Below are positions 36,917 to 46,291 of a stretch of DNA of 64,000 bases, piece by piece. The notes beneath the pieces are model-generated. The model did not search any database, was not told where the DNA came from, and saw only the letters and a program-made list of their open reading frames with translations. This stretch comes from Bacteroidales bacterium (lineage in GTDB: Bacteria; Bacteroidota; Bacteroidia; Bacteroidales; WCHB1-69), in contig JBGURP010000007.1 in assembly GCA_045132055.1 (NCBI GenBank), positions 138,946 through 202,945 on the forward strand, given 5' to 3'. Numbering within the stretch: the first letter of the stretch is position 1; each line of letters opens with the position of its first letter. A program made the position numbers and the translations under genes.

Positions 36917-37705
36917 TCAGGGATTCCGGATTTCCCGCCGCACGATTTTGGACAAAACCGATGTCTTCAACACATTGGGTACCAGAGAAGAAAGACAATA
37001 GCTGACCGGATTGATGACAATGAGGCGTTTACCCCGCAAGGTCTGCCGCACGCACTTGCACGCAATGGCTTCGGTGGACTTGAGTGTAAACTTCCCTAAA
37101 AAGCCTTGTTTCAAGATACGTTCCGTCACCTCCGCATTGGTGGCCATGGCTCCCGGCGAGGCCACACTCACCGACACTGACGTACCCTTCAGCTCCTCGC
37201 GCAAACCCAAAGAGAAAGAAAGCACAAAACTTTTGCTGGCGGGATATACCGTCTTGAAGCCTATGGGCGTGTGCGCAGCCATGCTGCCCACATTCAGTAT
37301 ATGGCTTTGGGGTTGACGTTTGAGATTCGGCAATAACTGGTGCGTGAGCAATGTCGTACAACGTACATTCAGATCGATGATATTCTCCAGATATTCGACG
37401 CTGGCATCCTCAAAGCCATGGGTGCCACCCACGCCAGCATTGTTAACCAGCATAAAGACCTCAAACTGACAATTGATGGTCTTCGCCATCCTCAGCACAT
37501 TCTCACTTTTAGTCAAATCTGTGATATAGCATTCAGAAGGAACGTGATACGTGGTCACAATTTCGTCACACACTTCGCGCACGCGCTCATTGGTACCCAC
37601 CAGAATTGTGGGTATGCCGCGCCGTGCAAGCTCCCTGGCAATATCCTTGCCCAACCCGCGGCTCGCACCCGTCACCAAAGCATAGCGTCGTGAATTATTG
37701 TCCAT
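36917..37705 (-). CDS. SDR family oxidoreductase
   Basis: TGASRGLG cofactor motif, NNAG and the YPASK catalytic motif. ATG 37705 is preferred over TTG 37711. Confidence 0.85.
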   Translation of the reverse strand: MDNNSRRYALVTGASRGLGKDIARELARRGIPTILVGTNERVREVCDEIVTTYHVPSECYITDLTKSENVLRMAKTINCQFEVFMLVNNAGVGGTHGFEDASVEYLENIIDLNVRCTTLLTHQLLPNLKRQPQSHILNVGSMAAHTPIGFKTVYPASKSFVLSFSLGLREELKGTSVSVSVASPGAMATNAEVTERILKQGFLGKFTLKSTEAIACKCVRQTLRGKRLIVINPVSYCLSSLVPNVLKTSVLSKIVRREIRNP

Positions 37706-38810
37706 CCCCAATCTCTTTTTTGTAGCATCTTCTTCTGGCCATCAGCTCTGCGCCATATCTGGGCCAGATGCGGGCGGCCGTGTTGTCTTCCAGCTGCTGC
37801 GAGGTAAACGCAAACTTGTAGCCATTGGCCAGAAACGCCTCATGCAACTGCTGATGGTAAATGGCATGGATTCCGCTGTTGTGGTACTCCGGCAGCACCC
37901 CCGTGAGAAACATATCTACATACTGGTTGTGTTTCAAAGCACGCAAGATGTGTATCCAGCCGAACGGGAACAGACTGCCGTTAGCTTTGCGGTAGGCCTC
38001 GCTCAACGAGGGCAGGCAGAACGCAAAGCCGACCAATTTGCCGTTCTCATCCTCCAACATGGAAGAAAGCTGTGTGTTGGCCACCTGGAAATTCTCGTCC
38101 ACGGCCCAGTTGATTTCATCTTCGGTCAGCGGAATAAAATTATACAGGTTGGCATAACTCTTGTTCAAAGCCAGGAAAAACTCCTTGCCGGACTCCCTGA
38201 GTTCCGCTTTGCATTTGAAATGACGCAAATGGACATGGTACTTCTCCGCCATCATCGCCGAAAGTTTCTTAATACGTTCGGGAACTTCATTAACCGGCAC
38301 CTTATATTGTATATAGTCAACCTCTTTCTCGTATCCCAACTGCTCCACCAATTTAGGATAGTAGGGATAATTGTAGTCGGCGCAGATGGAGGGCATCACC
38401 TCGAAACCGTCCACCAACATGGCCTGTTTTTCCATATTGGAAAAGCGCGACGGACCGGAAATCGTGTCCATGCCTTGAGCCTTGCCCCACTCCTCCACCG
38501 TATTGAACAGTGCGCGGGCCACTTCGAGATTGTCAATCACGTCAAACCAGCCGAAGCGAACGCGTTTCTGTCCTTTCAGCTCATTGCATTTCCGGTTAAT
38601 AAGACCGCCGATGCGCCCCACCACCTTGCCATCCTGGTATGCCAGCCAGAACTTGGCATCGCAAAAGGCCAGTGCCGGATGCTGGGTCATGATTTTGATC
38701 TCCCCTTTTTCCAAAGCCGGCACAAAATAAGGACAGTCTTTGTACAACTGTTTAGGGAATTGCACAAACTTCTTGATTTCTTGTGGAGTTGAGACTTCTT
38801 TGATCGTCAT
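37695..38810 (-). CDS. GNAT-like N-acyltransferase family protein (about 370 aa, uncharacterised)
   Basis: Two-lobed architecture with an acyl-CoA N-acyltransferase-like C-terminal half (GVLPEYHNSGIHAI). It overlaps the SDR start by 11 nt. The function is inferred. Confidence 0.45.
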   Translation of the reverse strand: MTIKEVSTPQEIKKFVQFPKQLYKDCPYFVPALEKGEIKIMTQHPALAFCDAKFWLAYQDGKVVGRIGGLINRKCNELKGQKRVRFGWFDVIDNLEVARALFNTVEEWGKAQGMDTISGPSRFSNMEKQAMLVDGFEVMPSICADYNYPYYPKLVEQLGYEKEVDYIQYKVPVNEVPERIKKLSAMMAEKYHVHLRHFKCKAELRESGKEFFLALNKSYANLYNFIPLTEDEINWAVDENFQVANTQLSSMLEDENGKLVGFAFCLPSLSEAYRKANGSLFPFGWIHILRALKHNQYVDMFLTGVLPEYHNSGIHAIYHQQLHEAFLANGYKFAFTSQQLEDNTAARIWPRYGAELMARRRCYKKEIGDGQ

Positions 38811-38837
38811 GAGCACAGTGGATTTTAATTATCTTGG

Positions 38838-38845
38838 CAAAGATA
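38838..38845 (-). promoter_or_regulatory. -7 box TATCTTTG
   Basis: Exact TAnnTTTG on the minus strand upstream of the GNAT-like gene. Confidence 0.5.
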
Positions 38846-38905
38846 GGAAAAAAAAATTATACAATTCAATCGTCTATTTTGGAAAAAAGAAGGGAGAATG
38901 CACAA

Positions 38906-38938
38906 ACAAAAAAAAATCCTGAAAAACTTCAGGATTTT
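38906..38938 (-). terminator. intrinsic terminator after tRNA-Leu(GAG)
   Basis: AAAATCCTGAA-GTTT-TTCAGGATTTT followed by a T-run on the minus strand. Confidence 0.8.
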
Positions 38939-38959
38939 CTCAATTTCTGTCTGCTTCAG

Positions 38960-39043
38960 TGCCCAGGACAAGAGTCGAACTTGCACGGGAGTACTCCCAC
39001 TACCCCCTCAAAGTAGCGTGTCTACCAATTCCACCACCTGGGC
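38960..39043 (-). tRNA. tRNA-Leu (anticodon GAG), type II
   Basis: Hand-folded: acceptor GCCCAGG/CCTGGGC, anticodon arm CTACT-TTGAGGG-GGTAG, long variable arm, T loop TTCGACT. Confidence 0.9.
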
Positions 39044-39050
39044 TCGTTTG

Positions 39051-39073
39051 CGGCGGCAAAAATACACTTTTTT
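39051..39073 (-). promoter_or_regulatory. tRNA promoter cassette (same 23-mer as at 33039-33061; -7 box at 39057-39064)
   Basis: The minus strand reads AAAAAAGTGTATTTTTGCCGCCG, ending 8 nt before the tRNA 5' end. Confidence 0.65.
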
Positions 39074-39158
39074 TCATACGGCAAATCATTTTTTCAAAAA
39101 AAATATTTTTTTTCAAAAAAATATCGTATATTTGCAACCTTGAAAATTTATATATAAA

Positions 39159-39980
39159 ATGGCGCAGAAGAAAGTCCTATTCATCACCCCTGAGATATTC
39201 CCTTACTTCCCGGAAGGGTACATCTCCAACATTTGTCGTTATCTCCCCCAGGGCATCCAGGAGCGCGAGAACGAAATCCGCACGTTCATGCCCAAGTTCG
39301 GGTGTGTCAATGAGCACCGGCACATGCTTCACGAGGTGATACGGCTGTCTGGACAGAACATCATCATCGAGGACACCGACCATCCGCTGATCATCAAAGT
39401 GGCCTCCCTGCAGAACGTCCGCATGCAGATTTATTTCATTGACAGTGAAGACTTTTTCAAAAGAAAGACCCCTTATTACGACGAAGAGGGCAACTTCTAC
39501 CCCGACAACGACTCGCGGGCCATTTTCTACGCCAAAGGTGTGGTGGAAACCGTCCGCAAGCTGGGCTGGGAACCTGACATCATCCACTGCAGCGGCTGGA
39601 TTTCCGCACTGGTGCCCCTGTTCATCAAGACACTCTACAAGGACAACCCCCTGTTCCAGGGCACCAAAATTGTCTATTCCATCATGCCTGACGCCTTCCC
39701 GGAGAAATTCTCCCCCAACTTCGCTAAAAAACTGCGCCTGACCGGCATCCCGAGCAAGTGCCTGACCCATTTCAGAGCGCCCGGCTACGACCAGATCATC
39801 CAACTGGCAGTAGATTACGCCGACGCTGTCGCCCTCACGATAGACACCAAGAAAAAACTCATCACCTACGTGGAGCAATCCGGCAAACCCGTTCTGCAAC
39901 ACCCCGATGACGACAACTACGTGGACATGTACGACGAGTTCTACGACCAAATTCTGCTTGAGTCTTCTGATACGGAATAA
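39159..39980 (+). CDS. short glycogen/starch synthase-like protein (GT5 N-terminal domain only)
   Basis: 273 aa. KVLFITPEIFPY... and the DIIHCSGW motif match the glycogen synthase N-domain. It is in the typical Bacteroidota pairing with a DUF4270 gene. Confidence 0.75.
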   Translation: MAQKKVLFITPEIFPYFPEGYISNICRYLPQGIQERENEIRTFMPKFGCVNEHRHMLHEVIRLSGQNIIIEDTDHPLIIKVASLQNVRMQIYFIDSEDFFKRKTPYYDEEGNFYPDNDSRAIFYAKGVVETVRKLGWEPDIIHCSGWISALVPLFIKTLYKDNPLFQGTKIVYSIMPDAFPEKFSPNFAKKLRLTGIPSKCLTHFRAPGYDQIIQLAVDYADAVALTIDTKKKLITYVEQSGKPVLQHPDDDNYVDMYDEFYDQILLESSDTE

Positions 39981-39986
39981 ACTGCG

Positions 39987-41303
39987 ATGAAAAAGTATTT
40001 CCTTTCCATTCTCCTTGCCGCCATTATCGGCTGCTTCTCTGCATGCCAACACGATGTATCATCTATCGGGTTAGGCCTGATTGACGAAGTGGGCACGGAT
40101 TTCAACGACACCACGACCATTGTCGCCTACTCCTGCCTGGAAGACACCATCTTGACAAGCAAGCTCTCTTCCAACCTCGTCGGCGAACTCCACGACCCTG
40201 TCTTCGGAGACAGCAAGGCAGCCACCTACGCACAATTCGCCCTGAGTGGCTCCGCCGTCAATTTCGGCACCAACCCTGTGGTGGATTCCGTGGTGCTGAC
40301 CCTCCAACTGTCGTCTTACTACGGCGACACCAACTCCCGAGTAGGCATCCGCGTGTACAGGCTGACAGAAAGCATGTCCTCCGACGAAAAATATTACCAC
40401 TTCAGCACGCTCAACCACGATGCCACTCCGCTGAACTACAGCTTGACCAGCTACACTATCCAGCCCAAAACGAATGTCGTTGTGGACACCAACTCGTACA
40501 ATCCACACCTTCGTATCCGGCTGTCGCAGGCTTTCGGCCAATACCTGCTCAACAACCAAGCACACATGCTCAGCAATAGCAGTTTCCAGCAGTTCTTCAA
40601 AGGACTCTGCATCGAAACCATATCCCATACAGGTTCCACTGGATACATGCTCATCACCAATATGACCAGTGCGTTGTCCTGCATTTCCTTGTATTATCAT
40701 AACGAGTCCGGTTCACACCTGAAATATGATTTCGCCTGCAACAGCGATTGTGCACGTTTCACCAACTTCTCCCATAACTACCAAAGCTCCAGCTATCCTG
40801 ATTTCGTCCAGCAAGTACTGAACGGGCAACACGCTATCGGAGAAGAAATCCTGTTCGTCCAAGCCTCGGGCGGCGTCAAGACACGCCTCACATTCCCGCA
40901 TCTTCAGCAGGCTTTCGCCCGACTGAACAACCGTGTGGTCATCAACAAGGCTGAACTAGTCATCACGGATGTCTCCCCCAACGAGCAATATCTGATACAT
41001 CCCGCATCCCTATCCATTCAAGGCATCAACGTCAATTCAGGAAGCATCATGTATCTGCCTGATGATGAATATTATACCAGCTCATCATATTTTGGTGGCA
41101 CATACGATTCCCAAAAGCATGAATACCGCTTCCGCGTCACCAAATACGTGCAGAACCTCATCCTGCAGAACGCCGACCTCTCCAACTCCATCAACCTGGT
41201 GGTCAAAGGTTCCGGCGTGCGCGCCAATCGCCTCATGTTCGGCGGTCCTCAATTGACCGATGACAAACGGCTCAGGCTGGAGCTTTCCTACACCACGTAC
41301 TAA
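39987..41303 (+). CDS. DUF4270-like lipoprotein
   Basis: 438 aa with a lipoprotein signal (LAAIIGCFSAC). It sits in the conserved position downstream of the short glycogen synthase. Confidence 0.55.
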   Translation: MKKYFLSILLAAIIGCFSACQHDVSSIGLGLIDEVGTDFNDTTTIVAYSCLEDTILTSKLSSNLVGELHDPVFGDSKAATYAQFALSGSAVNFGTNPVVDSVVLTLQLSSYYGDTNSRVGIRVYRLTESMSSDEKYYHFSTLNHDATPLNYSLTSYTIQPKTNVVVDTNSYNPHLRIRLSQAFGQYLLNNQAHMLSNSSFQQFFKGLCIETISHTGSTGYMLITNMTSALSCISLYYHNESGSHLKYDFACNSDCARFTNFSHNYQSSSYPDFVQQVLNGQHAIGEEILFVQASGGVKTRLTFPHLQQAFARLNNRVVINKAELVITDVSPNEQYLIHPASLSIQGINVNSGSIMYLPDDEYYTSSSYFGGTYDSQKHEYRFRVTKYVQNLILQNADLSNSINLVVKGSGVRANRLMFGGPQLTDDKRLRLELSYTTY

Positions 41304-41428
41304 TTGGCCGTTGGCCATTAGCCATTGGCTGTTAGCCGTATAATTGACTTTACATTCTACTCTTCTACTCTTTTACTCTTATACTCCTTTTACCCCTTGT
41401 ACCCTTTTCACCTTTTCACCCTATTCTC
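41304..41428. repeat. two adjacent morphing repeat tracts (TTGGCCG heptads, then CTACTCTT/CCTTTTCAC units)
   Basis: TTGGCCG TTGGCCA TTAGCCA TTGGCTG TTAGCCG, then TTCTACTC TTCTACTC TTTTACTC TTATACTC CTTTTACCCC TTGTACCC TTTTCACC TTTTCACC. The tract fills the entire intergenic gap. Confidence 0.75.
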
Positions 41429-42070
41429 ATGGCGGATAATTTTTTGGAAAAGAAGCTTGATGAATTTCATAACGGCAAGAAAAAGACCGTCATCAAACCC
41501 GTCGGGCAGTCGTTGGACACGCTGCTGCTGAAAAACCGCAGCTACCGAGGCTACGACAAGCAACGGACGGTGAGCATGGAGACGCTGAAGAGCATCGTCG
41601 GGGTCTGCAACAAAATCCCCTCTGCTCGCAACCAGCAAGTTCTGCGGTTCAAGCTGGTGACGCGCGACAGCGGTGCGGACACGGTGTTAGCCAATATCAA
41701 GTTGGGCGGCGCGCTGCCGGAGCTACACCTGCCGCTCCAAGGCACGGAACCTGAAGCCTTCATCATCGTATGCAGCACCATAGCCGAGAACAAACTGGTA
41801 GATATTGATGCCGGCATCGCGGTCCAAAGCATGCTGCTGAAAGCCGTGGAGCTGGGTTTCAACGGCATCATCATCGGCGCATTCAACAAAGAGCGCATCA
41901 CGGAAGAGTTCCAACTCCCCTATGAGCCGCTGCTCATACTGGCTATCGGGAAAGGCAACGAGAGCATCCGTCTCACCGAAATCGGAGAAAACGACGACCA
42001 CAGGTACTATCGACAAGACGGCACCCATTACGTCCCTAAAGTGAAAATCGAAGATTTGCTGCTGCCGTAG
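41429..42070 (+). CDS. nitroreductase family protein
   Basis: 213 aa. The RSYRGY motif near the N-terminus and the PSARNQQ motif are typical of the NADH/FMN nitroreductase fold. Confidence 0.8.
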   Translation: MADNFLEKKLDEFHNGKKKTVIKPVGQSLDTLLLKNRSYRGYDKQRTVSMETLKSIVGVCNKIPSARNQQVLRFKLVTRDSGADTVLANIKLGGALPELHLPLQGTEPEAFIIVCSTIAENKLVDIDAGIAVQSMLLKAVELGFNGIIIGAFNKERITEEFQLPYEPLLILAIGKGNESIRLTEIGENDDHRYYRQDGTHYVPKVKIEDLLLP

Positions 42071-42072
42071 CC

Positions 42073-43848
42073 TTATTGTTCGTTGCCGTTGCTCGGGCGG
42101 ATATCCTTCACGTTGAGTTGGATATTCACCACATTGTTCCACACATTCTCCTCCACATGATACAGGACATCGAATGTCTTGTTGTCCTTGATCATCTCCA
42201 ACTTGTCTTTTTGGTTGAAAGCAATCACGTCGATAGGCTTCACAACTCTGTCGGGATATTGCACCCGCGCCTTGAGATGCTTGTCGCCGACAATACGGGC
42301 CACACCCTCGTCCACCACGTTGTTGGACTGGAAAATCGGCTCCATGTTGCCCGGACCGAACGGGGCAAAACGTTTCAAGTTATTGAGGAAGCTATGGGTG
42401 ATTTCTGACAAATCCAACGGCATATCCACGGAAATTTCCGGCACAAACGAGGATTCTTCCAAATTATCGCTCACATATTGCTCAAATTTCTCTATAAACT
42501 CCTCCAGATTCTCCTCTTTCATAGAAAGACCTGCAGCGAACTTGTGTCCTCCGAAGTGCTCCAACAAATCGGAGCAATAGTCAATACCATCATAGATATT
42601 GAACTCTTTAACCGAACGGGCGGAACCGGTAATGAGGCCATCGGAAGACTTGGTCAGGACGATAGTCGGTTTATAGAAGACCTCCACCAAACGGGAAGCC
42701 ACAATACCGATGATACCCTTGAACCAGTTGGGGTTATATATGACAATGCTCTTCCGGTTGATGTATTCATGCGACGTACGAATCGTATGGATAGCTTCTT
42801 CCGTAGCATTTCGGTCTTGTTCCTTACGTTCCTCATTGAGGGTATTGATACGCTTGCCGATATCCACAGATTTATACTCGTCTTCGCTGATGAACAATCT
42901 GACCGACTCGCGGCCGCTTTTCATTCTGCCAGCAGCGTTGATACGCGGTCCCACATAGAAGACAAGGTCGGAAATGGAGATAACGCGGGAGAAAATGGTC
43001 TCCTCCTTGAAGGGATAATGCAGTTTGATGCCTGCCTGATCCAAGATGGATTTTATACCTACCCGAGGGAATTTATTGATAATCTCGAGGCCGAAATGGG
43101 CCAGAATTCTGTTCTCACCCGTAATAGCCACGATATCGGAGGCGATACTGATGGCTACCAAATCCATACGGGAGAGCCACAGCTGATCAGGCAATTTGAA
43201 TTTCTGGCAATAGCCTTGGATAAGTTTGAAGCCCACGCCACAACCGGAAAGTTCCTTGTAAGGATACGGACAATCTTTACGTTTGGGGTCAAGGATGGCA
43301 ACCGCAGGAGGAAGCTCATCACCTTCCAGATGATGGTCGCACACAATGACGTCAATACCGTATTTGTTGGCAAGTTCCACTTTGTCATTGGCTTTGATGC
43401 CGCAGTCGAGGGATATCAGCAAGTTCACATTATTGTCACGGCAGTATTCCACGCCCTGTTCAGAGATGCCGTAGCCTTCGGAATAACGGTCGGGCACATA
43501 ATACTCAACAAGGTTTTTGGATTCGGATCCGATGATTTCGCAAAGGAAAGAGTACAGCAGGGCAACGGCGGAGGTCCCGTCCACGTCATAGTCACCGTAA
43601 ACGAGGATTTTCTGATTGTCGATGATGGCGTCGGAAAGACGTTTGACCGCCTTGTCCATGTCCTTCATCAAGAAAGGGTTGTGCAGTCTGCTGATGTCAG
43701 GATTGAAGAAATCCTCAGCCGCCTCGGGCGTGTTGATGCCTCTTTGAATCAGCAAAGCCGCCAGCGGTTTTTCTATGGACAAGCGCGATGCAAGCCTTTC
43801 TACAGCCGCATTATCAGGGAGTTCGTTGCATATCCACCGTTTTTTCAT
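42073..43848 (-). CDS. recJ: single-stranded-DNA-specific exonuclease RecJ
   Basis: 591 aa with DHH motifs (GDYDVDGTS, DHH) and a DHHA1 region (GGHKFAAG). Confidence 0.9.
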   Translation of the reverse strand: MKKRWICNELPDNAAVERLASRLSIEKPLAALLIQRGINTPEAAEDFFNPDISRLHNPFLMKDMDKAVKRLSDAIIDNQKILVYGDYDVDGTSAVALLYSFLCEIIGSESKNLVEYYVPDRYSEGYGISEQGVEYCRDNNVNLLISLDCGIKANDKVELANKYGIDVIVCDHHLEGDELPPAVAILDPKRKDCPYPYKELSGCGVGFKLIQGYCQKFKLPDQLWLSRMDLVAISIASDIVAITGENRILAHFGLEIINKFPRVGIKSILDQAGIKLHYPFKEETIFSRVISISDLVFYVGPRINAAGRMKSGRESVRLFISEDEYKSVDIGKRINTLNEERKEQDRNATEEAIHTIRTSHEYINRKSIVIYNPNWFKGIIGIVASRLVEVFYKPTIVLTKSSDGLITGSARSVKEFNIYDGIDYCSDLLEHFGGHKFAAGLSMKEENLEEFIEKFEQYVSDNLEESSFVPEISVDMPLDLSEITHSFLNNLKRFAPFGPGNMEPIFQSNNVVDEGVARIVGDKHLKARVQYPDRVVKPIDVIAFNQKDKLEMIKDNKTFDVLYHVEENVWNNVVNIQLNVKDIRPSNGNEQ

Positions 43849-43871
43849 AATAGAACTTTTTTTGCCAGCGG

Positions 43872-43879
43872 CAAAGATA
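43872..43879 (-). promoter_or_regulatory. -7 box TATCTTTG for recJ
   Basis: Exact TAnnTTTG on the minus strand 24 nt upstream of the recJ ATG. Confidence 0.5.
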
Positions 43880-43921
43880 AGTAATAATATTTAGATATGC
43901 AAGCGAAAAAAATGAAAAAAA

Positions 43922-45370
43922 TTACAACTTCATTTTTATGTCAATATCATCCACGTAAAGCTTCATTTTCTTGTCTGTTTCGTACAGATTGTTGACTGTA
44001 CGGCAAGCATGCAGAACGGTTGCGTGGTCTTTGTTGCCGCAGTACGCGCCGATGATGGAAAGTGGCAATTTCGTGTACTTGCGGGCAAAATACATGCTCA
44101 ACTGACGGGCCTGCACAATCTCGCGCTTACGCGTCTTGGCATTGATGGCGTCAGTGGAAATCTTGAAGTAGTCGCAGATAATCTTCTGAATGTACTCGAT
44201 AGAAATCTCCTTCGCGTTGGTTTTCACGTACTTGTCCACCATCTCCTTGGCCAGTTCAACGGTGATGGCCTTGTGGTTCAGGGAAGCCTGCGCCAGAATG
44301 GCGATCATGGCGCCTTCCAGCTCGCGGGTGTTGGACGTGATGCACAACGCCAAATAGTCCACAACCTCTTTCGGGAAGCTGATGCCGTTGTTTTCCAATT
44401 TCTTGTTGATGATGGCGATACGCGTCTCCAAGTCCGGCACTTGCAGGTCAGCCGTCAAGCCCCATTTGAAGCGGTTCAGCAGACGAGGCTCGAAACCGGA
44501 AATCTCCACCGGCGACTTGTCGGAGGTAATGATAATCTGCTTGCCTTTCTGGTGTAAGGAGTTGAAAATATGGAAGAAGGCCTCCTGCGTCTTGGCCTTG
44601 CCGCCGGAGATAAACTGAATATCATCAATAATCAGCATATCCACCGACTGGTAAAACCAGATGAAATCGGGCACATTCTTGTTCTTAATAGCCTCAATGT
44701 ATTGCTGATAGAAGGTGTCCGAGCTGACATACACCACGGTTTTGTCCGGGAAATTGATCTTGGTCTGGATGCCGATGGCGTTCACGAGGTGCGTTTTTCC
44801 CAAACCCACATCCGAGTAGATGAACAGAGGGTTGAAGGAGGTTTGCCCGGGTGCCTGCGAGATAGCCCAGCCGGCAGAACGGGCCAGACGGTTGCAATCG
44901 CCCTCCACATAGTTGTCGAAGGTCAGCGTATCGATAAGATTGGACGGGATTTTATGTTTCTGGATGCCTGGCAAAACGAAAGGATCCGGGATTTCCTTGT
45001 TGGAGGTGTTATAGACATCGATGGGAGCCAACGTAGGCGGATTGCTTACAGCGGGACGGTGGTGGGAAGGCAACGTGATAGTCTTCGCCTTGTGCGGATC
45101 CTCTTGCTTCTCCATCAGGATGCGGTACTTGAGTTTACCCGACTGTCCAAGTTCTTTACGAATCACACTCTTCAACACTTTCACATAGTGTTCCTCCAAA
45201 AATTCATAATAGAGGTGACTCGGCAGCTGCAGCACCAAAGTGTTATCTTCCAAAGAAACAGGCACGATAGGGGCAAACCATGTTTCGTATGCTTCTTCTC
45301 CAACAATATCAGCTATAGTGTGCAGGCAATTCTGCCAAATCTGAACATAATCCCGGGTAATCTTATCCAT
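43922..45370 (-). CDS. dnaA: chromosomal replication initiator protein DnaA
   Basis: AAA+ Walker A (GLGKTHL), box VII and a C-terminal DNA-binding domain (VQARQLSMYFARKYT..SL..IG). ATG 45370 is preferred over TTG 45376. Confidence 0.95.
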   Translation of the reverse strand: MDKITRDYVQIWQNCLHTIADIVGEEAYETWFAPIVPVSLEDNTLVLQLPSHLYYEFLEEHYVKVLKSVIRKELGQSGKLKYRILMEKQEDPHKAKTITLPSHHRPAVSNPPTLAPIDVYNTSNKEIPDPFVLPGIQKHKIPSNLIDTLTFDNYVEGDCNRLARSAGWAISQAPGQTSFNPLFIYSDVGLGKTHLVNAIGIQTKINFPDKTVVYVSSDTFYQQYIEAIKNKNVPDFIWFYQSVDMLIIDDIQFISGGKAKTQEAFFHIFNSLHQKGKQIIITSDKSPVEISGFEPRLLNRFKWGLTADLQVPDLETRIAIINKKLENNGISFPKEVVDYLALCITSNTRELEGAMIAILAQASLNHKAITVELAKEMVDKYVKTNAKEISIEYIQKIICDYFKISTDAINAKTRKREIVQARQLSMYFARKYTKLPLSIIGAYCGNKDHATVLHACRTVNNLYETDKKMKLYVDDIDIKMKL

Positions 45371-45554
45371 ACGCAAGCAATCTATTTTATTTCACTATAA
45401 AAGAGGTTATTAACAATATCCTCTCATTCGTTTTTCCAGACTGCAAAAATGAACAAAAAAAAGTTAAAAAAACAGCCCCTACACCCTTGATTTTTAAAAA
45501 AAATAGTGTAAAACAAAGACTGTTTTAACGGGATATGAACAGATTTAACTGATT

Positions 45555-46265
45555 TTATTTCAATATATTACAAAAGTCTTTATACTTTCCGACATCCATC
45601 CAATCATCTTTCTGATGCCAATAGCCTTGAATGTGCAATTCTCCGGCCTTATGAACATAAAAAGGCACGATGGAACTCTTCTCCACAGTAGGCAAATTGT
45701 TCATAACTTTCTGATTCACCACATGAATTCCACTGAATGCCAAGGGGATGGCATCGGGAATATTCCGGGACAGGATTTCCTCGCCCGTTTGTACATTCCG
45801 CCAGCCGCACAGTGACAGGTCCTCAGGATCGAAGAGCAGATAACGTGCGGTGTTGCGGTCACGCACCGCAAGCGTGGCATCTGCGCCGGAGGCAACATGG
45901 TGTTCCACCAACTTTGCCAGGTCGATATTGGAGAGGATATCCACATTGTGCAGCAGCACGTGGTCGCTGTTAGCGAAAAGCGGTGCGGCGAACTTGAGGC
46001 CACCTGCCGTATCGCGCAGATAGGCACGTTCGTCCGAAACGCGCACTCGAGCGTCTTTTGGATGCTCCTTCAGGAAATCGATGATCTGGTCGGGGAAATG
46101 GTGCACATTGACCACAATATCATGAATACCGGCGGCGATGATCTTGTCGAGCACATGCTCCAACAGAGGCTTGCCCTCATACTCAACCAGCGCTTTTGGG
46201 CGGTTGGCCGTAAGCGGATAAAGTCTTGTGCCCAAGCCGGCGGCGAAGATTAATGCGGATGTCAT
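45555..46265 (-). CDS. sugar-phosphate nucleotidyltransferase family protein (MurU/GlmU-N-like)
   Basis: N-terminal AAGLGTRLYPLT..RPKAL motif of the NTP_transferase fold. Confidence 0.75.
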   Translation of the reverse strand: MTSALIFAAGLGTRLYPLTANRPKALVEYEGKPLLEHVLDKIIAAGIHDIVVNVHHFPDQIIDFLKEHPKDARVRVSDERAYLRDTAGGLKFAAPLFANSDHVLLHNVDILSNIDLAKLVEHHVASGADATLAVRDRNTARYLLFDPEDLSLCGWRNVQTGEEILSRNIPDAIPLAFSGIHVVNQKVMNNLPTVEKSSIVPFYVHKAGELHIQGYWHQKDDWMDVGKYKDFCNILK

Positions 46266-46270
46266 GATGA

Positions 46271-46291
46271 TAGTTTAGAGTTTAGAGATTA
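46271..46291. repeat. TAGTTTA GAGTTTA GAGATTA heptamer repeat overlapping the pcm stop
   Basis: On the minus strand it encodes the ..SNL* end of Pcm (AGT AAT CTC TAA). Confidence 0.6.

Noticed and set aside
38834-39339. Several 60-126-aa ORFs around 38.8-39.3 kb
   Set aside because: They overlap tRNA-Leu(GAG), its terminator and its promoter, or the 5' end of the glycogen-synthase-like gene out of frame. They show no coding signal.
42478-43884. 468-aa ORF antisense to recJ. The same reasoning covers other long antisense ORFs: 9294-10349, 31887-32963, 37698-38792, 39177-40052, 44570-45400 and 26835-27638.
   Set aside because: Each is fully nested opposite a confidently identified gene and has no recognisable domain. 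They are treated as non-coding.
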